Positions 12,620 to 30,842 of a DNA stretch of 64,000 nt are shown here, piece after piece. The stretch is taken from positions 14,012,001 through 14,076,000 of the forward strand of contig OZ004612.1 of the NCBI GenBank assembly GCA_963924565.1, read 5' to 3'. The notes beneath the pieces were generated by a model. That model was not told the origin of the DNA. It saw nothing but the letters and a program-made list of their open reading frames with translations, and searched no databases. The DNA is from Ascidiella aspersa (taxonomy: Eukaryota). Numbering within the stretch: position 1 is the stretch's first letter; the number at the start of each line of letters is the position of its first letter. The position numbers were made by a program, and so were the translations under genes.

Positions 12620-14670
12620 TATATAAAAGACAAAGTTGCCAATTTGAAAAGTAGAGTTGTTGCACAACATTTTTTTCCCAATATTTCAATTGAACAAGAA
12701 TCTATTGTTGCAGCTAGTGATTTTGTGGCCGAAGTGATTGCGAAAAAATGCAAGCCATATTCTGATGGCGACTTTGTCAAAGAATGTCTACTACGGGTTG
12801 CTGATGCCATGTGTAAAAAAATAAGTCTTTCTAGGCCAGCGTTTCTTAACCTGGGGTAAATTTACCCCTGGGGGTGTCGCCATAACTCACCATATTTGTA
12901 ATTTTTAGTACGATTTATGTATTTAGTTTTATTTGCAATGACTAATAAACATGACTGAGTGCATCTTCTACATAAAAATTGCTGTTTTTAGCTCTTAAGA
13001 GATGCTATATCAGTTAACGTACATCTGACAAAATTTGTGTTTTTTTTTATTTAGCGCAGCAAATGTCACACTTTTTCTAAAACCACACCAAGCTACATGT
13101 GCAAGTGTGTCAAACGTAGACAGTAGACGGAGATGTTTAAAATCGTCCCTCATTTGTAACATCATAACAAATGCTGTTGATTTCTAGTAAAACATCTAGC
13201 ACTTGTTTTAACATTGCCTATAATTGTCTCCAAAATGGGGTCGCAATGTAAATTCTGATTACATCTTATTAAAATTGGGGTCGCTTATTTGAAAGATTGG
13301 AGACCACTGGATTAAGGTAACGTGTCTGCGAGCAGTTTTGAAAGTTCCGATATACTTTTTGAAATTTCAGTGCTGGTTATACATGTGATTGCCTAATTTT
13401 GTCAATGGGTACGGCTTAACTGGCCAAGTTAGTTTAATGTTGATCCTTTTAGTCCAATGATTAAGGCTTTAAACAACTCATTGACTGATTATTATATAGT
13501 CTGTAAAAGTAAAAACTGTATTCTTAAAAATGGTGTAGAGAAAGACGCATGTCTGTTTGTGCTTGTAATTATAGCGTGTTCGCCTGGTAAAGTGTTAAAT
13601 ATTTCACCTAGATACTCATTTCCTTTCGTAGCCGTTCTGGCAAATCTAGCCGACATTCGACTCTGCTAATCTCCATCGCAGTCGCTCTTGTGCTATATAG
13701 TGTCACGCTGCTGTTGGATTAAACACTACATTCAACTGATGCATGCCTTACTTGCGAGACCCGTTTTTACTGCGCTGTAAGCTCTTTTATTGAAAGCGAA
13801 ATATGCTAAATTATCTGAATGTACAATAAATCTATAAGCGACCTGACAGTATGCACTTTGAAATCCTATGACAGTTTGTTTAGTTTCGATTCAGTGGAGT
13901 CAGATAGTACGGTGGTCATGTCTCACCTGTTGAAATATACAATGGCATGTCCCAAAAGAAGAGAAAGTACCACAAAAATTATTTGAATTTTAGATTTACA
14001 TATCTTATTTGAGAATGGTGTTCCTCAGTGTGTCTTGTGCGTGGAAACATTTCTTAACAGTACCATGAAACCGCACCTATATCAAATTCTCATCCAATTA
14101 TGATGAGCAAAAACTGGCGTTTTTTAGTCAAAACTGTCCAGTCTAAAATGAAAAAAATAGACTAAACTGGAATGTTTTGACAACAACTCGTTGCCAAAAG
14201 CAAGGGAACCCGTTGTATTGATTATACCTGATGTTATTTGTTACCTTCCTTTTTCTCATAGATGAGAACTATTTTATATAATGGGGGGTAAATCTTCCAT
14301 AGGCTCCCTGAAAGGGACCACAAAAAGCAGTGATTTACTGAGAGCTGTTATAAGTATAACAACTTTGAGGGTCCGCAAGTTTTCTCCAGAATGAAGTATA
14401 CTAAATCTCCGGCGAGGTCACTGATATCTGATAGTCACCTGAAGGATTCTCTGCGTGTTGCTACAACTTAATTTTGAGCCAAATTAAGTCTCGTTCTAAA
14501 TAAGCAAAGCCAAGCTTCGCATAATGTTTTGTTTTAAAATAAAACACGATTTTTGAAAGTGTTTTCTGTAATAGATTTTATTATTATTGTAACTTTATTG
14601 AATTGTGGCCCACGAAACATTTTGAAAATCAATTTTGACCCTTTACACAAAAAGGTTGGACGCCTATGAC
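12620..14670 (+). pseudogene. Mosaic of decayed Buster/SPIN-type hAT transposase fragments and MITE pieces
   Basis: ORF 12644-12859 has ASDFVAEVIAKKCKPYSDGDFVKECLL (GTF2IRD2/SPIN-like). About 14020-14080 reads VPQCVLCVETFLNSTMKPHL (Buster BED-finger region). About 14382-14525 reads FSRMKYTKSPARSLISDSHLKDSLRVATT...KQSQASH (hAT dimerisation C-terminus). All are frameshifted or truncated. Confidence 0.8.
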
Positions 14671-14963
14671 TTAAGTGCTTTGTGATAAATACAGTTTCTT
14701 TGTAAACCATAAATATAAATAGTTAAAAGTTTCCCTAATTGAGCCAACGTTGTTGTACAATAAAGCAACGAAACAAAAAATTATAAATGTATAAAATGCT
14801 ATTTAGGTTAGTTTTGTAAAGCAGACCCAGTGTTTTTAATCATAACTACAAGTGTTTAATACATAACGGATTTGCAAAAATCTCAAACAATGTTTCAATT
14901 GAAATCCTATTCAAATTTGCGGAAGTTGAAAAATGTTTTTTAATAATGAGTTATCACGTAAAG

Positions 14964-16544
14964 CAGTGGTCTCCAACCAATTTAATAAGCGACACCAATT
15001 TAAATAAATTGAAATCAGAATTAACATTGCGCCATTTTTGTTTTCCTATATACAGTATTACTACTGGAACTAAGTAACACAAGACAATATGCGTAAGTTA
15101 TACACATTTCCAAAGAACTGTGGCTACATATGTGCACCAAAATGATTTATTTTAGAAAGTTTTATTTAAATTATCAATTTGAATTTAGCACACGAACGAA
15201 CACAAAAATTTCAATTTGTTTCAACACTAAATTACATTTAGTGTGATGGTTGCGCCTGCATAGCCTATAGTGTCCACCAGTTCTAGAAAACGTGGCTCCA
15301 TTTTGCATTTGTAATGCTCTACTTCCGTGTAATGTTCTACAAGCGATTTACGATGTTTCATTTTTAATATGCTCATTGCGCTGAATGTCATTAGACAAAG
15401 CCATTTGGTTGTAAACGGAATGAGTAGTTAACTCACAAAATTGGACAAAGTCGGATAAATTAATTGCATCGAAGTCCAAAAGTAAATATTTATTTGCTGA
15501 AATCTTTGTAACCTATAGCTCAGTGTTCCTAAACTTTGTTTAGCCACGCCCCCCTTTGGTAATTTTCGTATGCCTCGCGTCCCCCTACGAAAATCAATTC
15601 GGCATTTTTCAATTAATCATCACTAAGACAACATGAAAATAGACAAGTGTATTGTTTACAAAATTGAGTTTTATTGGTTGAATTGACTAAACTGTAAATT
15701 AGGAGACGGTTTCGTATTGGGCACACAACACATTGCTCGTGCTCGACACATTGATTTTTATCGAGCTGATTTTGACATACATGTTGTGAGGGCATATACT
15801 CCACAGTTGTAAAGATGTGATGTCGAGCCCGAATAAAAATGCCAAGCGTAAAAATTTAACATTGCGTTGTTCAAAAGATGGGACGACACACAAAACAACG
15901 GCAATATTGCAAAAACATTATTAATTCGCGCAAAAAAGTTTGACTTCCCCGGTTGCTAGCCTTTATCACTTATGAAATATGGATAAAAAATAGTTCGAAG
16001 GGGGGATTTCGTTTATGTACAAGTTAGCAACTTTTATCGTTTATCCATAAGTTAGAAAAATTGTAATTAAATAGGGCTGTTACACCTTCGATGATATGAA
16101 AACAAGCATTGGCAGTTAAAGAAACTTTGTGCTGAAAAAATCAACAAAAGTAAAATACAAAAGATTCGCGCGGAGAGCGAAAATTTTTGCAGTTTCAATG
16201 TTAAAGTTGGCAAAAACCAGAGTTTGGTCAGCTGTAGGAGTGATGGTGCCTAAAGCAACAGAATTACTGCAAAAAATTTAAATAATAAAGTAGAGCTCGC
16301 GCTTCCCTAAGAATTGCTTGGCGCCCACCTCGCTACTAAAGCAGCTCTTTAGAGCTTAAACTACTTATTTTATAAGCTTATCTTTTCGATGTAGGCCTAC
16401 TCAGTTTATTAGTATGACGTCTTGTAAAGAAAACAAAATGCATAAATCGTCCTGAAACAGCAGAAATATGTTGAGTTATGGCGACCCCACAAAAAATTTA
16501 GGCGACCCCCCATGGGGTCGCGACCTACAGGTTGGAGACCACTG
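14964..16544 (-). mobile_element. Deleted Buster-type hAT element with a transposase relic and an inner MITE fragment
   Basis: TIRs CAGTGGTCTCCAACC...GGTTGGAGACCACTG; TSD acgtaaag/acctaaag. Minus strand near 15340-15430 reads LLIPFTTKWLCLMTFSAMSILKMKHRKSL (hAT dimerisation motif). Another TIR, CAGTGTTCCTAAAC, starts at 15521. Confidence 0.85.
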
Positions 16545-16975
16545 ACCTAAAGCACCAAAAGACACATCTATGGCCACATTTTCCCTAAACATTTACTAAA
16601 CGTTTTTAAAAAAACGCTAACTTAAACATGGAGAGCGAACTAAAGATAACTGATTTTTTGTTCATGCGGTATTTTTCAGTGTTACAAATTTTATACCCCC
16701 TCTTGTTGGTGTTAAAGGGTCATTTTTCAACTTCTGCAAATTTTAATATGATTTCAATTAAAAAAACTGTTTAGCGGTAGGTATGTCCGATGTTTGACTA
16801 TTACATTGTAAAAGTATATGCACTTCGCCATTTGCATCTTGTTGTTTTGCTTTTGCGCGTTTAAAAAACCTTGCATCACTCGCTGTTAACATGTTGCACT
16901 GTGCACCCAAATACGAAAACTAACAAGCTGTTTTTAATCACAAGCTATCCCAACTAAAGGTTCCATATATTAAGC

Positions 16976-17528
16976 CAGTGGTTCTCAAACTGGGGTCCGC
17001 GGTCCGTTTGGAGTCAGCGAGACAATTTTCTGGAACCGCGAAGCACCTGACAAAAAATCAACACTATACGCTTCTGAAAAAAAAAATTTTTGTGCAATAC
17101 AATTTTAAGGCAACTTACTTTTTCAAACCAATCTTAACAAACACAATTATATTAATGCCGTGCATGGCCTAATTGTGGGACAAAAGAAAGAAAGTCAAAC
17201 TCAGGCTCGACCTATACGCAAAAAGTGAATCTATACGCTAACGTAATTTCAACGTGTTTGTGCTTGTCATCAAAAGCTATACGATAAGTTGTTCATCGCG
17301 TGATTGTATGCTTTGAGTTGATTTGTGACGTCATAGTGTTACGTTGCGCTAATGACAATTACGTTTTTACCGCGAGCTGGTAGCAAAGAAGCAACTGCAC
17401 CCGTCCCATTGATACCTTTAAAAACAACGTGGAATTTTGTGTTTGTTTATAAGGCGACCATGAGCAATTTAAAAAAATTGGAAGGGGACCGTTGCGTAAT
17501 TTTTTTAAAAAAAGTTTGAGAACCACTG
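16976..17528. mobile_element. hAT/Buster-type MITE
   Basis: TIRs CAGTGGTTCTCAAAC...GTTTGAGAACCACTG; TSD tattaagc/gattaagc. Confidence 0.88.
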
Positions 17529-18285
17529 GATTAAGCCCTCGCGCGGGTTTATTGCTAAAGGTTACAACACGTATAACAACGAGATCTTTCAAGTTGGGCG
17601 AAGGACAAAATAAAGAAGACGCGCATAGTCTCGGTCATGAATATTGGGTTAAACCTGAAAAGTTACTGTACATCTAATTGTAAACGTTATACGCTAAAAA
17701 GCTGCAACATCAAAACAAACCGAATTTCGGTTTTCAAGTTTTTGTACTTATAGTCTTTCTACAATGTTTCCACTCTACAACAACATACGCTGCGACTTTA
17801 TATGTTATTTAGGCCTATTCGCTCCTGTGTTTCAAAACTACAGGCCTGTACATTTTACGGCGCTTAAATTTCTGTTCGGTTAGCTTTGATTTGGCGAAGT
17901 GCTTTTAGGGGCACGGAATTCTAACATTTCCGGGTTTCACTGACAGTGATAAAGGGGTTTCCGTATTTTTGTTTTACTTTTTATACTTCATTTAGAACAG
18001 CGGCAAGCAGTATTCAAAGGAAGATAGCTGTTCAGATTGCAACGTTAACCCTTTCTTTTCGACTTCATTTGTACATTTTTGACGCGTACAATTCACGGTG
18101 CGCGTATCAATTTACTCGTTCAGTTTAGTGACCGAAATCTAGTTTTATGCGTGTCCTAGAATGATGATTGTACAAATAAAACGGCATACCGACAAAATGT
18201 ATGTTTGTCATATTGCGAAGTGTTGAAAACATGTCGCTTAAAATTGGTGCTTCCGGACACAAAACGTAATCTAGGCCTACTAAGG

Positions 18286-19448
18286 CAGGGGTCGGCAACC
18301 TTTCGTACGCGGTGTGCCAGTTTATGAATAATGTCAAAATATTAACAACTCGCGTGCCAAACATTTTTCTATGTTTGGTTTCGCACTGACAATCAGGGCT
18401 GCGGAGTCGGTTAAAAACAATCCGAGTCCGACTCCGGCGAAATATCAGATTTCATCACGTCCCGAGTCCGACTCAGTCTCTGTATTTCACCAATTTACTT
18501 AACTAAATTAAGGTGGATATTCCGCAACCACTCTGGATATTCCGCAATCCACTCTATGGTCATGGAAAATATGCCACAACCATATGCTATTCCACCTTAA
18601 CAACTTACAGTTTGCTGCCTTATCAGTTTCGAAATTTGGTACTGCTCATGCCGCACACGTCGGACTCGAGTAGTTTTAACTGGTCTTACTCGACTCCCGA
18701 GTCCGACTCAGCAGCCCTACTGTGATCTGATATCTAATTTACGTATATTTTTTTAAATATACTTCGATGCTTTTAAGCCGATACCTAGAAGTGTTAACTA
18801 TCAGTTTCGTTTCTGTTGGTTTCTCAGTCGCACAAAAACACACGTGCTTACTCTTAATGCAGAACAGTGGTTCTCAACCTTAAAGTTTAGGATTCAAACG
18901 AGTTGTACTTTTAAATAGTTAACACTTGCAGCATTGTGACGTAAGATGAAGTCCAAAGTAGACCGTTAACTCTATGTTTTATCACAATGCTACAAATTAC
19001 AAAACTGGCTAATTCTAAATTTGATAAACAAGCCGCCTTCAACATCTTGCTTTTTGCAATTAAGATATAAGTTTGTAATATATTTGGCGGACCGGCGGTT
19101 GAGAACCACTGATTTAGAATGCCCTACTTTAACGTAGTAAACGTTGCGCCAAATTTGGGGCATTGTGACGTAATACGAACTGTTGGTAAACAACAAGTAC
19201 ACCTACAAAAAATAATATTAAATACAACACAGTTAAGACACTTATTCGTGACACGAACTGGCAACGTGTACAACCATTTAGTTAGCGCTAGTGTTAGTGA
19301 TGTATTAGTAATGTTAATGATGTGGTAGTGATGTAATGGTTGCACTTTCTTAAGGTGATATAACGTGAGCGTTAAATTAATTGGCGTGCCATGCAAAATC
19401 ATCTTGCGTGCCACAAGTAGCACGCGTGCCAGGGGTTGCCGACCCCTG
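18286..19448. mobile_element. hAT/Buster-type MITE carrying two nested MITEs (18394-18719 and 18865-19111)
   Basis: Outer TIRs CAGGGGTCGGCAACC...GGTTGCCGACCCCTG with perfect TSD TACTAAGG. Inner elements: CAGGGCTGCGGAGTCGG...CCGACTCAGCAGCCCTA (CCGACTC repeats) and CAGTGGTTCTCAACC...GGTTGAGAACCACTG. Confidence 0.9.
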
Positions 19449-19806
19449 TACTAAGGGGTTTGTGATGTTTCGTTTTCACGCACTGGGTGGTTTTTGCCAC
19501 ATGGGTGTTATTTCACTATTCACGCAAGTGTGGCCTTTAACCTGGTGACAAATTTTCACAAAAATAGATTAGTGTTCTGCTTATATTTATTGTAACATTC
19601 CGATAACGTGTACGCAAACAATAAAGCGGTCAGGTATATTTTTTTTTCTACAATTAAAAATGTCATATATTATAAAAAAAGCAGCTTACGATATATTCTT
19701 GAAAATCGTTAAAGTCATATCATATTTACACATTTTTTTCTGCCTTTCGGGCGAATTTTAACTTTACATTACAAGTGTTCCGTTTTATTCATGATCGACG
19801 AACGGC

Positions 19807-20877
19807 TTAATTAATTTGCGACAAAAAATTATTGACGAAAACAAAGACACTGGCCTCCGTTTCCGCCACAAGATCGACATCGTTCGCTTCGAACTTCAGG
19901 TACTTTCCCACCCTTTTCTGTCGGAGTTTGAATGCGCCTTTTACGACGTCGTGCGGAATCAGCTTGAAAGCGCCCATGCGGGTACTCTTGGTAAACTCCA
20001 CATCGGCGAACTCGCGCAGCACTAATTTGTCCCGGCTGTGGTAAACGCCATCCACGATGCTGGTCTTCGAAGACAGCACCATCAACAGGTAATTTTCGCT
20101 TTTCAACGCCTTCAGTCCTAGGATGATGTCGTTGCTTCCGGGTTCGGTGGCGACGATCCAGTGAGGACAGAAGATTACTTCGTCCACGTGAACCTCCGCT
20201 CCGCTCAGGGTTCTTAGGGGAGCAATGCTCTTCTCGGAGCGGATGTTCACCAGGCGAGCACGGAATTTGGTGCCGCTCTTGGCAAGTACGGGATCTCCGC
20301 AGTCGCGAAAGATCAACTTTCCAAACGGATCCTCGTCGGTCTGAGATTTTTTATCAGTTTCACTTCTGTCACTCTGTTCTGCGACAGTTTCTTCGCTGTC
20401 GGAAGTCATGTTTGCCCCTGATTCAAAATTCTGGTTTACTTCGGATTCGATCACAGTAGAATCACCAGGAGTAGCGGCAACTAAAACAACGGCCAACTTC
20501 GCGTCATTTTCGTCAGGTTGTTCGATATTTTCTTCGTTGTTAGCTTTTTTCTTATCATCATCGAACTGTTCCTCCCCGCCTGTTTCAACCTCGCCAGACT
20601 TAACACCTTCACTCGTCACGGTTTGCTCTTCCTGTTTCGAGCTGTCCGCAGGAGAATTTTCCGACATATTAAAATCGTCGACCTCAATAACAGGGGGGTA
20701 AGCGTCGGTCTGCCGCTCATCATACTTTACCGACCGGGGCCAGGTCGCAAACCTTTGGCTGCTGGCCGCCAACCGAAAACTGCCGTCCTCGTTGAAGTTG
20801 AAAATCACCTCTTCGAAAGCGAAACCACTGGACGCGGGCCGGACCATGTACCCACTTTGGCATTGGCGTCTATCCAT
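19807..20877 (-). CDS. Leaderless protein (356 aa): acidic N-terminal region plus C-terminal beta-trefoil-like (IL-1/FGF/fascin-like) domain
   Basis: Single GC-richer ORF; first ATG at 20877 (the track start is TTG). The C-terminal ~160 aa show three trefoil-like units, including DIILGLKALKSENYLL...KLVLRE and GAFKLRQKRVGKYLKFEANDVDLVAETEASVFVF. No signal peptide. The fold is inferred by eye. Confidence 0.8.
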   Translation of the reverse strand: MDRRQCQSGYMVRPASSGFAFEEVIFNFNEDGSFRLAASSQRFATWPRSVKYDERQTDAYPPVIEVDDFNMSENSPADSSKQEEQTVTSEGVKSGEVETGGEEQFDDDKKKANNEENIEQPDENDAKLAVVLVAATPGDSTVIESEVNQNFESGANMTSDSEETVAEQSDRSETDKKSQTDEDPFGKLIFRDCGDPVLAKSGTKFRARLVNIRSEKSIAPLRTLSGAEVHVDEVIFCPHWIVATEPGSNDIILGLKALKSENYLLMVLSSKTSIVDGVYHSRDKLVLREFADVEFTKSTRMGAFKLIPHDVVKGAFKLRQKRVGKYLKFEANDVDLVAETEASVFVFVNNFLSQIN

Positions 20878-22785
20878 TACCGCGATGGAGACGACAGTTC
20901 TATACCGCTTTTGAACTGTTGACAAACTAAATTAAGTTCAGGGCGGCCCGATAGAATATATACCCAGTGCAATAGTTGAGCCACGGGCGTCGTCATATTC
21001 GTTGTGTCATTTGATGAGATAAACGTAATTAAGACAGCGTTTTTGTACCGGAAGAACATTTGGCTACGCGATATTGCGATGAAAGCGTGAATAATTTATA
21101 TTGTTTCGTTGCAATTAAATTTTGCGTACATGTTATGGGCTAGCGCATAACATCTGTGTCATACAATGTAATTTTTTTATAATAACTATATTCTATTTAT
21201 GGCGCTGATTATACAAACACATAACTAAAACGACGAAACTAATTGTGAAGGGGGTAGGGCAATTTTACAAGGCTCCACGTCAAGTAGTTAAACGTAGCGA
21301 TTGTACAAACTACTTTGGTTCCACATAATTTTTTGTTATTTGCGTACTCACTATTTTCATACGTCGTTAGATAGTGATGCTGCTCATTTAAGGGAAATAT
21401 ATTGAGGTCCATGTATTTTTGTTTATCTAAGTTTTGTACCTAGCTTAATCTTTTTATGACATTTAGATTATGGTTGAGTTAAATATTATTTTGAATGACT
21501 GAAACGTGGCTGTCCCTTTAAAGTAAAACGTTCTTATTTGGCATAAATTACAAGTGTTGTAATGACTTGACTTATAGTGTTCAACTGGGTACATAAATTG
21601 CTGTTTTCAAATGACTTGACTTGACTAAAGTGATTTTGGTAAAGCACTTGACTTAAGTCTATTGGACAAATGACTTTAGTCATTGAGTCAAATGGCTTGC
21701 AATTAAGTAGACTAGTGCACATTTTATAAAATTTGGTTATTTACGTAATTTTTTGCACGTAAACAATTTAAATGCTATTTTCTGGGTTTTTCTTTTCGTT
21801 GATTTAAGCTATTGCTTATATTCCTTGTTGATCGGCAAGTGTGTATTCGACACATCTGCGAATAAAATAGTTTATTCGGAACGCAGAAAGTATTTTGCAG
21901 TAAAACAAGAGTTTACGTATAAAGAATAAAAAACGACATTCCATAATAATTAACAGCACTAAATCAAGCTTTCTTCTATTTCTCGTTAAATATGTTAAGC
22001 GCATGTAACGTTCCTGGCGGTGCTATATTATCCGGTGTTGGCGTAGCCTAACAACGGCCTATTTTCTATAATATGTATATTCTAATTACCACGTGATTAA
22101 TGTGCAATTTATGAAATTCATTTCCAAACAGCAGCTTGAATTTTAACTGACTTAGCACACAGCTGGGGCGCAAATGTTGCGATAATCGTAGCATAATAAC
22201 ACCCGGGAAAATATCTTCGTTTTGTCATTCAGGTTGCGAAAGGTGTGCTTGTAATTTGGCGTAGTGCTGCGCATGTAACTGCAAAGCTGATAGTGGCATT
22301 CTGACTGTACGGAAGTTAATAACGCATATTTTACGGTCTTCAATAGTTTAGGCCTCCAACGTAAGTTAACGATTGCACACCGAGCATTTTACAGCTGACC
22401 ATGGCATTAGTGTCAACCACGCACATGCTTTCGCTAGACGGGCGATTCCGATCATTTTTTCTCTTTATGACGTCATACACGTCACACTTTTTCTTCATTA
22501 AAGTCAAACAGAAAATGGGTGAGTTTCCCTTTAAATATCCGGGGCCTCCTTATGCATTTCTGGATACGTACGCCCCTTGTATATCAGTGTTTGACCGGAA
22601 ATCATCCACATTACCAAGGTCACCGAGTGGATGTCTTGATATTCGGACAGGGATTTTACTTAATTAGCTGCCAGAAGCTTAAAATTTCGGAAGTTGTGTT
22701 TCCTTTTAAACCCTTCTCACCAGACAATTATGACAAAACTGGTATATTTTTGATAAATTTTATTATAAATAAACGACACTTTGTT

Positions 22786-27950
<5,165 letters not shown>

Positions 27951-28340
27951 TTTAAAGCTAGGTGAGCTGTTGTACTGTACGTCAGAGGTATTTTATTTTT
28001 CACACTATTTGAGATGGCACACGTTGAAACTTGGGATTAGGTTGCAGCCTACTATTACCTGTAGGACGTAGATTGTATGTCAGACGCCATGTTGTGTCTA
28101 ACATTTTGGAAAAGCATGGATTACTAAAATAATAGTTTGAAAGAATAAAGTATTCTAAGAGTAAATATAATGCAAAATTTGTAATCTGACCAAATATCTA
28201 TTGATGTCGTTTTGCATTTCCTTGGTAGTTGCAGGCAAAAGTTACAGAACAAACAAAGCAAAAGGTATAAAAACAGACACAAAAACAAAAAATCAAATTA
28301 AAATGTCAGAATCAGTCACTTAACTTTTGCCAATAAGGAA

Positions 28341-29375
28341 CAGGGAGTCGAACCGTTTGACTATTCCGGTTCAGGTTCGGTTCTGGTTCAAGGATTTTTT
28401 CAAAATCCGGTTCAGTTCCGGTTTCGGTTTCGAACAATTCAAATGTTCCGGTTCGACCATCGTTATTTCAAAACCGATTCAAAAAGTTCCGGTTCACATA
28501 CAATATAATTTGCGTCAAATCTATAAAATGTGGGTCAATAAATGAGGAGACTAATCTTTGAATTGTAAGTCATTTAATCTAAGTTACGTGACGTATTAAA
28601 CAAAACAGCAACTCATTATTGAAATATCTGAAAAATAAAAACATCAACGTTGTTTTAATTAATATTTATAATTTTTGTCATAAAATTTTAAACATGTCGT
28701 AAGCAGGGAGTCGAGCCGTTTGACTTTTCCGGTTCAGGTTCGGTTCGGGTTCAAGGATTTTTTGGAATCCGGTTCAGTTCCGTTTTCGGTTCGAAGGAAT
28801 TTAAAAGTTACGTGACTGATTAAAAAAACAGCAACTCAATATTGAAATATCTAAAAAAAAAATCAACGATTTTTTCATTCAATATTCATATTTTTTTCAT
28901 AAAATTTCGAGCATGGCGTAACTTGACTCTGTAAAATCGAAGTTGTGACGTCATGCAGGAGCGAACCGCTTTTATTTACAGGTTCGGGTTCGGTTAAGGT
29001 TCAGGTACTTTCAAATTATTCGGTTCAGTTCCGGTTCGGCTCCTTAAAATCTTATAAAAACCGGTTCAGGTTCGGCTACGGTTCGGAAAAAATTGACCCA
29101 AAACCGGTTCATAAAGTTCCGGTTCGGTTCCGGTTCGACTCCCTGGTCGTAAGTTAACTCTGTAAAATACAAGTATTGACGTCATGCTGGAGTGAACCGC
29201 TTTTGTGACAGGTTCGGGTCGGTTAAGGTTCATGTTCTTTCGAATTATTCGGTTGAGTTCTGGCTCGGCTCCTTGAAATCTTACAAAAAATGGTTCAGGT
29301 TCGGTTATGGTTCGAAAAAAAATTGACCCAAAACCGGTTCATAAAGTTCCGGTTCGGTTCCGGTTCAACTCCCTG
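28341..29375. mobile_element. MITE with GGTTC sub-terminal repeats, containing a copy of its own family (28704-29145)
   Basis: Outer CAGGGAGTCGAACCG...CGGTTCAACTCCCTG with flanks ataaggaa/ataaagaa. Inner CAGGGAGTCGAGCCG...CGGTTCGACTCCCTG with perfect TSD GTCGTAAG. Decayed copies near 29795-30070 and 34585-34660. Confidence 0.9.
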
Positions 29376-30718
29376 ATAAAGAATAATCTTTTTACCGAGA
29401 TCGTTATATTGTTTACACAAAATGTCATTGAAATTGTATAAAACCGTCAGATGCTTGAAACTGATCCAAGGCTTTCGCTTTCTTGGCAGAAAATGCAGTT
29501 GAATCAGTTTCTTGCCGCCTTTGCACAAATTTGCATAAGCCTTAACTGGTAGTGGTAGGCCTATAATTTTTTGGAAATAAATACAACGTGTCGCCTAAAA
29601 CGCTAAAAGTCTTGTTGAAAGTAAGCAACTAACTTGAAAAGCGAACAAAGTGGACATTTGGGCATTTTTTGACGTCCTCGGAGGACCATTTACTTTTCGT
29701 GAGAAAAGAGAACAAATCCTCCCAAAAGGGGGGAGATATGGTAGGCCTATACTTACAAGGTGTGTTTTAGGTGTATAATATATCTCATGGAAGAAGGGAG
29801 TCGGACCGTTTGACATTATCGGTACAGCTCAGTAAAGGTTTTTCAGAATTGCGTCGAGCTCCCCTATTTGTAATACAAAATATTTTTTTCGTAACCACTA
29901 GTTTAAAAATCTAAGTTCCGACGTAATACTGGAGTAAACCGTTTTTTTGACAGGGTCGTGTCCGGTTAATTTTAGGGGTTTCAAAAATAAAAATTAAATT
30001 TCGGTTCGTCTGCTTAAAATCGTAAAAAAAGGTTCGTTTACGCTTCTAAAATAATGACGACATAACCGGTTAATTGTAGCACTTATCTAGCAATATTAGT
30101 CTGTAGTGCCTAATTTGACGTCACTATGTACGTAACCGTTGTACACTAACGCGTGACCTAGCGCCGATCCAAGTGCTTATGGCGTTTCGCAGGTCATTCT
30201 ACTTTACACAGCTAGTTAAAAGCGACTTGAATCACAGCGATCTTTTATCGTGTGTTCTGAAATTTGTGAATAGTTTGGCTTCTCAACGAGCAATATCTGA
30301 AGTGACTTTGTCTTGAGTTCAAGAAGTTAACGACAGATATTTTAGCGGCAGCCATCGGTTCTCGTCTTAAAAGCCAGCGCCATCCTAGACCTTCGACCCT
30401 CACCAATGCAGCCCGTGATCCCTAAATTAATAAAGAGCCGATTCGGGTTCGGTTAGACTTCCTTCATAAAAGCGAATAGAAGTTCAAGCAAGACCTGAAT
30501 TATTATTTTTTTTACTTTAATTGGTTTGCTGATTTCACCTCACCTCATTTCAATTAAAAAAACGAAGGACATTTCAAAAGATTTATTATAAGAGCTTTTT
30601 GATATAAGTGAACTATGTTTTTTCTCAAACAAGGTTTCCAACAAAACTATTACGTGTGACGCATTTTAATTTACTTAAATTTTGAATTTAGAAAATAAAG
30701 CGTTGTACACAAACTTTA

Positions 30719-30787
30719 AAAGTTACAGAATTAGTATTCAAATTTAAAGCGACATTTTTGCTTTACATTTTCATCAGCTGTAACTTT
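30719..30787 (-). promoter_or_regulatory. SECIS element (form I) of deiodinase A
   Basis: Minus strand: helix I AAAGUUACAG/CUGUAACUUU (10 bp); core AUGAA...UGAA; helix II AAUGUAAAGC/GCUUUAAAUU (one mismatch); apical loop AAAAAUGUC. Starts about 56 nt after the stop. Confidence 0.9.
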
Positions 30788-30842
30788 TTAAGTTTTAACG
30801 AGGCTCGAAGCACTTGTAAGGGAAGTGGTTTAGCTAACTATT

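Noticed and set aside
28327-29157. Short ORFs rich in RF/GS
   Set aside because: Translations of GGTTC MITE repeats.
30430-30470. Alternative SECIS candidate (minus-strand ATGAAGGAAGTCTAACCG...)
   Set aside because: No 3' GA to complete the quartet; a much better element lies at 30719-30787.
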